DNA from: Antedon mediterranea
Lineage: Eukaryota; Animalia; Echinodermata
Direction of reading: 5' to 3'
Length of the DNA stretch: 64,000 nucleotides
Assembly: GCF_964355755.1 (NCBI RefSeq)
Contig: NC_092674.1
Location: forward strand, 2,170,001 to 2,234,000
Shown: one piece after another, positions 41,712 to 51,642 of the stretch
Layout of the letters: every line of letters begins with the position of its first letter
Numbering within the stretch: position 1 is the first letter of the stretch
The notes under the pieces: generated by a model
What the model was told of the DNA's origin: nothing
Database searches by the model: none
Seen by the model: the letters and a program-made list of their open reading frames with translations, nothing else
Program-made: the position numbers and the translations under genes

Positions 41712-43344
41712 CTGGGGCGGATCCAGAGGGGGGGTCCACGGGGTCCGGACCCCCCCTAAATTTTAAGGGTGCCCTTTTTTTAGAGGTTCAATATTTTATT
41801 CGTGTGACATATTTGTGTGTATATTAGTATGCACAGAGTAAGCTACACTAACCCCAAAAATAAAAACAGAAATTTATCACAATGAGCGCGATGTTAAGTT
41901 ACGGCGGCCGATCAAAGAGCATTGTGAGAGGTGGTGATGCATGATGATCTCTACTTAAACTTCTAAAAATAGATCGTTTCGCATACTACAGAGGGCGCAT
42001 GTAAACTTTTTACGATTCAACTCCGCGTACGTTACCATGCGCGCTCTGTCATTGACGCGATTATTTGTCCATTGGTAAACACATTTTTATGTATTATTAT
42101 TCTGAAAATAATTGAACTGTAAACATAATTCTTTTGAGTATTTGTTTATTTACATATCATTCCATCAGATCAACTATTTTTTATTTCCATTACATCCAAC
42201 CAAACATGTAAAAAATGTAGTTAAAATATCGTACTATCTACCGCGTACGACCATACGCGGTAGATTGTTTACTCAAAAATCATCGAACGGTCCTTACACT
42301 ATACTATTCAACCTTGTTTTTGTAGTTGAGCCTCTCATGACCTAGGATTTGTTTGTCTTCCTACGCCAAGATAATATAGTTCTACAAGCCATGTGCTTTT
42401 TTCTCTGAGAAATATTTATTATAAGTGCCAAAAAAATGTTTTTTTTCTCGATATGAAGCCTTTATTATTCAAATCTTTTAAAGAAAAATCACACATACCA
42501 TAAAGAAGGTTCATTTATTTCATTTTTGAAACAATATTTGTGAAAATTACGTGAGGCTCAACTACAAAACCACCATTTTGTGATACGATGTCATCGTAAG
42601 CCAATCAAAGCTGAGCTTTCCCGCGATCGGCGGCAGAGAGCTCACGGTTGAATGATTTTGGAATCTGGCTATTTTGGATTGGTGGACACGAACAGCGGAA
42701 TGTTTTCTCTCGCGCGCGTGTACCAAGAAGTCACGTGATCTCTCTGTACTGAACGGTACTCTACACAAATTTAGAGCAATGAATTTGTACGAATTCCGTT
42801 AAATAAACAACTCTATATATTTTATAAACATTTAATAACATATTTTATTGATATTTCCAATGTTGATATATAAAAGAAATTACTATAAAACGTAATTATA
42901 TGTAATTATTTTAGCGAAAAATGGCGCAATTTGTTTACAACGTTCGTGGCTAAAAACGATCATTTTCGGCAATGTTTTAGACCCTATATTTCGAAAACTA
43001 CAAGTCAGATTTTCGTAATTCTTTCTTTATTGGAATATTGAAACAAAATACCAACAGATAATGTTTAAATTGGTTGAAAAATAACAACTTTTAATTTTGC
43101 ATCGTTATCCCTGCTAATAAAGTGTCATTTCCGGCGAACTAGAAAGGTGCCATTTATCATGGATTTTGCGTGCGAGAGTGCCATTTCCGGCCATCTAAGT
43201 GTGTCCTGTAACAAAATTCGCTTCGCCACAACCCCCACCATGGGGGGGGGGGGGGGGGGGGGGCTGTGGCTCAAATACTCAATATCTGATGGGCCCTTTT
43301 TATCGGCGGACACCCCCTCTCAAAAATGTCTGGATCCGCCCCAG
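41712..43344. mobile_element. 1,633-bp non-autonomous TIR transposon inserted in the satellite
   Basis: 16-bp perfect TIR CTGGGGCGGATCCAGA...TCTGGATCCGCCCCAG; TGTTTT duplicated (41706-41711 and 43345-43350) relative to the uninterrupted monomer; no transposase ORF. Confidence 0.9.
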
Positions 43345-45319
43345 TGTTTTACTATAACCAATTTGGTTAAAGTAAAACACAATGATAAAGAATAGGAAAA
43401 ACTTAATAATATGATAAATGACATTTACATAGCAATTTAGCACTATGTTTTACTATAACCAACTTGGTTAAAGTAAAGCAGAATGATAAAGAATAGGAAA
43501 CATTTAATAATATGATAAATGACATTTACATAGCAATTTATCACTGTGTTTTACTATAACCAATTTGGTTAGAGTAAAACACAATGATAAAGAATAGGAA
43601 ATATTTAATAATAATGATTATTTACATAGCAATTTAGCACTGTGTTTTACTATAACCAATTTGGTTATAGTAAAACACAATGATAAAGAATAGGAAACAT
43701 TTAATAATATGATATATGACATTCACATAGCAATTTAGCACTGTGTTTTACTATAACCAATTTGGTTAGAGTAAAACACAATGATATAGAATAGGAAACA
43801 TTTAATAATTTGATAAATGACATTTACATAGCAATTTAGCACTGTGTTTTACTATAACCAATTTGGTTAAAGTAAAACACAATGATAAAGAATAGGAAAC
43901 ACTTAATAATATGATAAATGACATTTACATAGCAATTTAGCACTGTGTTTTACTATAACCAATTTGGTTAAAGTAAAGCAGAATGATAAAGAATAGGAAT
44001 TTAATAATATGATATATGACATTTACATAGCAATTTAGCACTGTGTTTTACTATAACCAATTTGGTTAGAGTAAAACACAATGATAAAGAATAGGAAATA
44101 TTTAATAATAATGATTATTTACATAGCAATTTAGCACTGTGTTTTACTATAACCAATTTGGTTATAGTAAAACACAATGATATAGAATAGGAAACATTTA
44201 ATAATATGATAAATGACATTTACATAGCAATTTATCACTGTGTTTTACTATAACCAATTTGGTTATGGTAAACCACAATGATATAGAATTGGAAACTTTT
44301 AATAATATGATAAATGACATTTACATAGCAATTTAGCACTGTGTTTTACTATAACCAATTTGGTTAAAGTAAAACATAATGATAAAGAATAGGAAACATT
44401 TAATAATAATTATGATAAATGACATTTACATAGCAATTTATCACTGTGTTTTACTATAACCAATTTGGTTATGGTAAAGCACAATGATATAGAATAGGAA
44501 ACATTTAATAATAACGATTATTTACATAGCAATTTAGCACCATGTTTTACTATAACCAATTTGGTTATGGTAAAGCACAATGATATAGAATAGGAAACAT
44601 TTAATAATATGATAAATGTCATTACATAGCAATTTAGCACTGTGTTTTACTATAACCAATTTGGTTAGAGTAAAACACAATGACAAAGAATAGGAAACAT
44701 TTAATAATAATGATTATTTACATAGCTAGCAATTTAGCACAATGTTTTACTATAACCAATTTGGTTATGGTAAAGCACAATGATATAGAATAGGAAACAT
44801 TTAATAATATGATAAATGTCATTACATAGCAATTTAGCACTTTGTTTTACTATAACCAATTTGGTTAGAGTAAAACACAATGATAAAGAATAGGAAACAT
44901 TTAATAACATGATAAATGACATTCACATAGAAATTTAGCACTGTGTTTTACTATAACCAATTTGATTAGAGTAAAGCACAATGATAAAGAATATGAAACA
45001 TTTAATAATATGATAAATGACATTTACATAGTAATTTATCACTGTGTTTTACTATAACCAATTTGGTTAGAGTAAAACATTTTAACTATGATAAATGATA
45101 TTTAGCACTGTGCTGGATACAGTAAAACACAAATTAAGAATAGGAAACATATAATAATATGATACATTTACATACAAATTTAGTATTGTGTTTTACTCTA
45201 GCCAATTTGGTTACAGTAAAACACAATGATAATGAAACATTTATTATATGATGTTATTTACATAGCAAAATATTATATTAAACATATCTTATTATCTAAA
45301 CGTTATGAAAAGAATAGGA

Positions 45320-47160
45320 TACATATAATGTAATAATATAATAAATACAAGTTACATAGTTTATCATCTTGTTTTACAGAACCAATTTGGTGACACAGTT
45401 AAATACAGTGATAAAGAATAGATACTGTTTTAGGTTATATAACCCTAACCCTAGTTTGAAGCGACATAATAAATTCATCGCGAAAAAGTACGTATCGTAT
45501 TTAGAAACTTTTGAAATTTGTTAGATATGTTTAATAGGTTCTTACGTCTATAAAACAAACAAAAAATATAAATTTCACAAGAAATTCGTGATTTTAATAA
45601 TTTGCATTTCTAAAAATGTACACTTATGAAATACCATACATTTTCCAACACATTTTTACTTCATTGATGATTCCCAGAAATCAAAATAAAACAAATTATG
45701 ATATTTCTTTTACATTATAGATGTAAGAACCTATTTTGAACATGTACCAAATTTCAAACATTTTTTAAGACGATACGTATTTTTATCGATGAATTAAGTA
45801 TGTGATCGCTTCAAACTAGGGTTAGGGTTAAATAACCTAACAGTTCATTCTTTAACACTGTGTTTAACTTTTAACCAAATTGGTTTTAGTACAACACAAT
45901 GATAAACTATGTACATTTTATTTTTCATATTACATTATAGGATACATATAATGTAATAATAATAAATACAAGTTACATAGTTTATCATCTTGTTTTACAG
46001 AACCAATTTGGTTACACAGTTAAACACAATGATAAAGAATAGACACTGTTTTAGGTTATATAACTCTAACCCTAGTTTGAAGCGATCACATACTTAATTC
46101 ATCGCGAAAAAATACGTATCGTATTCAGAAACATTTGAAATTTGGTAAATATGTTCAATAGGTTCTTACGTCTATAAAACAAACAAAAAATAAAAGTTTC
46201 AAGACAAATTCGTGATTTTAATAATTTGCATTTCTAAACATTTACACTTATGAAAGACAATACATTTCCAACACATTTTTACTTCATTGATGATTCTCAG
46301 AAATCAAAATAAAACTATTAGGATATTTCTTTTGCATTATAGATGTAAGAACCTATATTGAACATATCTACCAAATATCAAACGTTTTTCAAGACGATAC
46401 GTATTTTTAGCGATGAATATTAAATATGTGATTGCTTCAAACTAGGGTTAGGGTTAAATAAACTAAAACAGTTCTATTCTTTATCACTCACTGTGTTTAA
46501 CTTTTAACCAAAATGGTTATAGTAAAACACAATGATAAACTTATATGTCAATTTTATTTTTCATAACATAAAATGTTTGATATTCTTTATAATATTTAAT
46601 ATTATATTTTAGGCCTACTATTAATGACGTATAAATGCACACTACATCTGAAATAACTTTCTACTTCATTGGCGATTCTTACCAAAAAAAAGAACTAATT
46701 TTGTTATGTATATAGAGCAACCTATTATAACATGTCTTGTATGATTTTTATCTCGTTTCAATGACATTTTATACTACAATTCAAATGAAAAAGCATCACA
46801 AAAAAATACGTCTGGTATTCAAAAAGTTTCTAAACTCGGTACACAGAAAAAAGGAAATGTTGAAAATGTATGGTCTTTCATAAGTGTGAATTTTTTGAAA
46901 TGCAAATAATGGAAATCATCGATTTGTCTTGAAATTTATAATTTGTTTTGTCTTATTGAACATATCTATACAAAATGTCAAACGTTTCTGAATACGATAC
47001 GTTTTTTTTCTCGATGAATTTATAATGTCGCTTCAAACTAGAGGGTAGGGTAGTAACCTAACAAGTATCTATTCTTTATCACTATGTTTAACTGTGTAAC
47101 CATATTGGTTCTAATAAAAAACAATGATAAACTATGTAAATTGTATGTTTCATATATTAC
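45320..47160. repeat. Tandem ~620-bp palindromic modules with AACCCTAACCCTA / TAGGGTTAGGGTT motifs (two full, one partial inverted)
   Basis: Cores at 45430-45840 and 46051-46466, each with long inverted arms; 46860-47160 is an inverted copy of the first arm. Confidence 0.88.
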
Positions 47161-47541
47161 ATTTTTGCCAAAAAAAATTATTGGGAATGTCAAATTTCTT
47201 TTTCATGACATATATCTACAAATTTCAGAAGCTTTTGAGTACGAGTATTTTACGCGATGTTTTTTTATCCTCATTTTAATATTTTGGTAATGTAATTCAC
47301 ATAAAGTTTTGTATCCAAAAATTGTTTATTCTTGGGTAGAAATGAGGAAATAAATAGTATTCCTGTATAATATAATAATCAATAATAAAGTATAAAAAAA
47401 AGTGTTGTGTAAACGAACGTTTTTTACGCTTCGAATTTTCTGTTACATTATGTTTGAATTGAAGCTACAGATATTGAATCATGGACCTATAAATTAGTAA
47501 TTTATAGGTCCATGATTGAACATATCGTCACTCACCACACA

Positions 47542-48351
47542 TTTTTAGTCGCGTGGAAGCGACTCTATAGTTCACTATGTCGGTCGGTCGGTCTGTCTGT
47601 CTGTCTGTCGGTCTGTCTATCGGTCTGTCTGTCTGTCTGTCGGTCCGGTATCACTATGCGTTTTATCGCTTTATGACCTTATCTTGATATCAGTTTAATC
47701 TAGCTAAGTCAATTTTTCACAGAATATTCCTTATGGCCAGGAATCGATGTGGTTATGTTTTCACGGTGCGCAATAAAAAATTACGCGGTCTACGCACGAT
47801 TTAACGAAATCACGTTTGTAATCATATCTTAACAACCATGAATCACAATTAAATAAAATTTGGTACTCATAAATTTCAGGGCATAAATCATCATATGGCA
47901 ATACAATTACGTGCGTAGCGCATGTAACGCATGCGTACGCGCGCTTAAAATTTTCAAAATTTATTTTCGATGAAATAAGAGTACGTTTCAGGCGTTTTAA
48001 GCGTTTACAAAATTGCCATGAGTGCGCAGATTTTTGCGCGCGCACTGCGCGTTAAATGTTATTGCGCACTCTTTTTGCCCGATTTCTGTTTTCTTGACTT
48101 ACTTTTCAACTCGAAATTACGTTATACGAGCACGTCAAAAGTGACAGGCTACGCACGTGTAAATTAAACAAATATAAATGTTTTTAAACATTTCAACATT
48201 TTTAAACATGTTCAGTAATTTCGGTCAGTATAGTTCACTATGTCGGTCGGTCCGTCTCTCTGACGGTCTGTCTGTCTGTCGGTCTGTTTGTCTGTCGGTC
48301 CGGTATCACTATGCATTGTAGCACACGACTTAATGGCTGTTGGCCTTGTTT
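47542..48351 (+). mobile_element. Helentron-associated (HINE/DINE-1-like) element with (GTCT/GTCG)n microsatellites
   Basis: 5' TTTTTAGTCGCGTGGAAGCGACTCTATAG hairpin; two copies of TATAGTTCACTATGTCGGTC-(GTCT)n-CCGGTATCACTATGC; 3' ..CGACT..GGCTGTTGGCCTTGTT. Confidence 0.75.
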
Positions 48352-48566
48352 GTTTTGTATTTCGAAAGTATTTATTCTAAAGAACAATTGATGCAAACAT
48401 CAACTGCGTATCTTATTTCATTAATTAATTATATTAATTATAATTTGGCGATTATTCGTCACACGAAGAGTCGAATATCGATTCGTCTCGTCATGGAAAG
48501 AAAACGTGCATTGCGCACACTGTTTACGCGCCTCAACAATAAACGGCGAATATGCGATTCGTCACT

Positions 48567-49500
48567 TATGGAACGCCGTTTTACACAAGTTTTTGGCGAT
48601 GATAAAAAATGCGTCGATGATGAAATTGCGTCGATGAAAATTGCATCGACGCAATGTAGATTGCGTCGATGCAATGTAGATTGCGTCGACGCAATTTACA
48701 TTGCGTCGATGAAAATTGCATCGATGAAAATTGCGTCGATGAAAATTGCGTCGATGAAAACTGCATCGATGAAAATTGCGTCGATGAAAACTGCATCGAT
48801 GAAAATTGATGTGATGAATTTAATTGATTATGAAAATTCCAAATGGTTTTAATTCAATCAATGATGAAAATGACTACTAGTAAAGTAAATGTTGATGTTA
48901 ATAATAATGTTAATAATGTTATTATGTTGCTAAAAATTGACGGTTTCTGAATATTTTGATATGATAAACATGTTTACCGCTTGCGCTAGCGCGCGTTATA
49001 GACAAGCGCACAGTGATCGCGCACTAAAACAATGTTGAAATATATGCACTGATTAACATTTTAGTGATTTATTGTCAACACATTTTAGCAATGGATCCAT
49101 TATTGTCCTTTCGGACACATTATATCTTCTAGCTAATTGCTTCCGTTAATCCACCAGTTCAGTACATAAAATCCAGATGTCCAGCATCCATGACATCATA
49201 TTCAAATCATACCGGCAGGGAGATCGCAATTTTCATCGATGAAAACTGCATCGATGAAAATTATTTTTTTTTTCATCGATGCAGTTTTCATCGATGCAGT
49301 TTTCATCGACGCAATTTTCATCGACGCAATTTTCATCACATTAACGCAATTTTCATTACATCGACGCAATTTTCATCGACGCAATGTTCATCACATCATT
49401 ACATCAATACTATATTCATCGACGCAATTTTCATCACATCGACGCAATTTTCATTGCATCATCGACGCGATTTTATCATCGCCTAAACTGGCATTCCATA
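48567..49500. mobile_element. About 930-bp foldback-like element with 15-bp subterminal tandem repeats in inverted orientation
   Basis: Ends TATGGAACGCC..TTTGGCGATGATAAAA and TTTTATCATCGCCTAAACTGGCATTCCATA; (TGCGTCGATGAAAAT)n on the left and (ATTTTCATCGACGCA)n on the right; TA at both ends. Confidence 0.75.
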
Positions 49501-49859
49501 CTAATTGCGTGTGATCTGATTGGTGTATTATAAATAAATTCATCGCGATGAATTTTTCAGTAGATGTAATGAGACAGTTCAGTAGATGTAATGACAGTTA
49601 ATTTAATTGTTCTGCTCTTTTTGTACAAATCTATACTACTTTATATTATGGATTTTGTAGTACTGTTAAAATTATTAAATCTCTGGAAGTGTGTTTTACG
49701 AGTATGTCCGCAAATTTATGCGTTTACGGTTTTAAAATGTGAGTTTTAAATAGCGAACATGATCTTGTTAGGTGCACTACGCACGCAGTATTCCAAAATG
49801 TCTTACTAATTGGGAGAAAATCATATTGTATCATATCATATTATATCCATTCTTTAAAT

Positions 49860-51410
49860 TCATATTCTTTATCCAAAACTAAATTGGTATAGTAAAACAC
49901 AGTGCTAGCAATTTATCATATTATTAAATGTTTCATATTCTTTATCATTGTGTTTTACTCTAATCAAATTGGTATAGTAAAACACAGTGCTAAATTGCTA
50001 TGTGAATGTCATTTATCATATTTTTAAATGTTTCCTATTCTTTATCATTGTGCTTTACCATAACCAAATTGGTTATAGTAAAACACAGTGCTAAATTGCT
50101 ATGTAAATGTTATATATCATATTATTAAATTCCTATTCTTTATCATTGTGTTTTACTCTAACCAAATTGGTTATAGTAAAACACAGTGATAAATTGCTAT
50201 GTAAATGTAATTTATCATATTATTAAATGTTTCCTATTCTTTATCATTGTGTTTTACTCTAACCAAATTGGTTATAGTAAAACACAGTGATAAATTGCTA
50301 TGTAAATGTAATTTATCATGTTATTAAATGTTTCCTATTCTATATCATTGTGTTTTACTATAACCAAATTGGTTATAGTAAAACACAGTGCTAAATTGCT
50401 ATGTAAATGTTATACAGTATATCATATTATTAAATGTTTCCTATTCTTTATCATTGTGTTTTACTCTAATCTGATTGGTTATAGTAAAACACAGTGCTAA
50501 ATTGCTATGTGAATGTCATTTATCATGTTATTAAATGTTTCCTATTCTTTATCATTGTGCTTTACTCTAACCAAATTGGTTATAGTAAAACACAGTGCTA
50601 AATTGCTATGCAAATATCATTTATCATGTTATTAAATGTTTCTTATTCTTTATCATTGTGTTTTACTCTAACCAAATTGGTTATAGTAAAACACAGTGAT
50701 AAATTGCTATGTAAATGTAATTTATCATATTATTAAATGTTTCCTATTCTTTATCATTGTGTTAATTTACTCTAACCAAATTGGTTATAGTAAAACACAG
50801 TGATAAATTGCTATGTAAATGTAATTTATCATGTTATTAAATGTTTCCTATTCTTTATCGTTGTGTTTTACTCTAATCAAATTGGTTATAGTAAAACACA
50901 GTGCTAAATTGCTATGTAAATGTTATATATCATATTATTAAATGTTTCCTATTCTTTATCATTGTGTTTTACTCTAATCTGATTGGTTATAGTAAAACAC
51001 AGTGCTAAATTGCTATGTGAATGTCATTTATCATGTTATTAAATGTTTCCTATTCTTTATCATTGTGCTTTACTCTAACCAAATTGGTTATAGTAAAACA
51101 CAGTGCTAAATTGCTAAATGTCATTTATCATGTTATTAAATGTTTCTTATTCTTTATCATTGTGTTTTACTCTAACCAAATTGGTTATAGTAAAACACAG
51201 TGCTAAATTGCTATGTAAATGTAATTTATCATATTATTAAATGTTTCCTATTCTTTATCATTGTGTTTTACTCTAACCAAATTGGTTATAATTTATTTAA
51301 TTTCATTTCAAAAGACATTTACCTAAATTAATATTTAAATTTCATTTATCAAATTATTAAATGTTTCCTATTATTTATCTGGTTATATAGTAAAACACTG
51401 TGCTAAATTG
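49860..51410 (-). repeat. About 101-bp satellite array in reverse orientation (right arm, ~15 monomers)
   Basis: Reverse complement of the monomer at 37180-45300. Confidence 0.97.
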
Positions 51411-51449
51411 CTATTGTATTAAGGACGAGTTCCGAGAAGATGTATTCAA

Positions 51450-51510
51450 AGCTACAACCAATCAGAACAGTGTTAATCAATATAGTCCATGGCTACAGCC
51501 AATCAGAAAC
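51450..51510 (+). promoter_or_regulatory. Two CCAAT boxes upstream of TRAPPC14, inside the right end of the giant element
   Basis: GCTACAACCAATCAGAA and GCTACAGCCAATCAGAA, 41 bp apart and ~140-190 bp upstream of the ATG. Confidence 0.45.
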
Positions 51511-51642
51511 GTCCAAATCGCAATAACCCCTAGGCTAATAGAAATTATTGGTCCGAGTAGCCTTTTCAACCAGACGTTGCGAGGTTTAAAAAGTAAAACA
51601 TGATTTACTCGCCAGTTTGGTATAGTTTATATACCTGAGACG

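Larger units (their letters stand above)
37180..45300 (+). repeat. About 101-bp palindromic satellite array (left arm, roughly 58 monomers, interrupted by two insertions)
   Basis: Monomer AATTTAGCACTGTGTTTTACTATAACCAATTTGGTTAGAGTAAAACACAATGATAAAGAATAGGAAACATTTAATAATATGATAAATGACATTTACATAGC, with a 22-bp-arm internal inverted repeat. Confidence 0.98.
36781..51636. mobile_element. 14,856-bp non-autonomous foldback/Mutator-like element with 9-bp TSD
   Basis: Direct repeat GAGACGATG at 36772-36780 and 51637-51645. Left end AGCTATATATCCAATACCAAATTGGCGAGTAAATCATGTTTTACTTT versus reverse-complemented right end AGGTATATAAACTATACCAAACTGGCGAGTAAATCATGTTTTACTTT (42/47 identical). Internal satellite arrays in opposite orientation; no transposase ORF seen. 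Confidence 0.8.

Noticed and set aside
37180-45300. CRISPR-like array of palindromic repeats
   Set aside because: The sequences between palindromes are themselves near-identical rather than unique spacers; no cas genes; eukaryotic context.
45430-47062. Telomere, telomere fusion or telomerase RNA template
   Set aside because: Only about two TTAGGG units per site, embedded in repeated palindromic modules; no pseudoknot or H/ACA context recognisable.
48340-49514. ORFs of 71-170 aa (ASMKI repeats) as a transposase or gene
   Set aside because: Products of the 15-bp tandem repeat; no DDE or other domain motifs.
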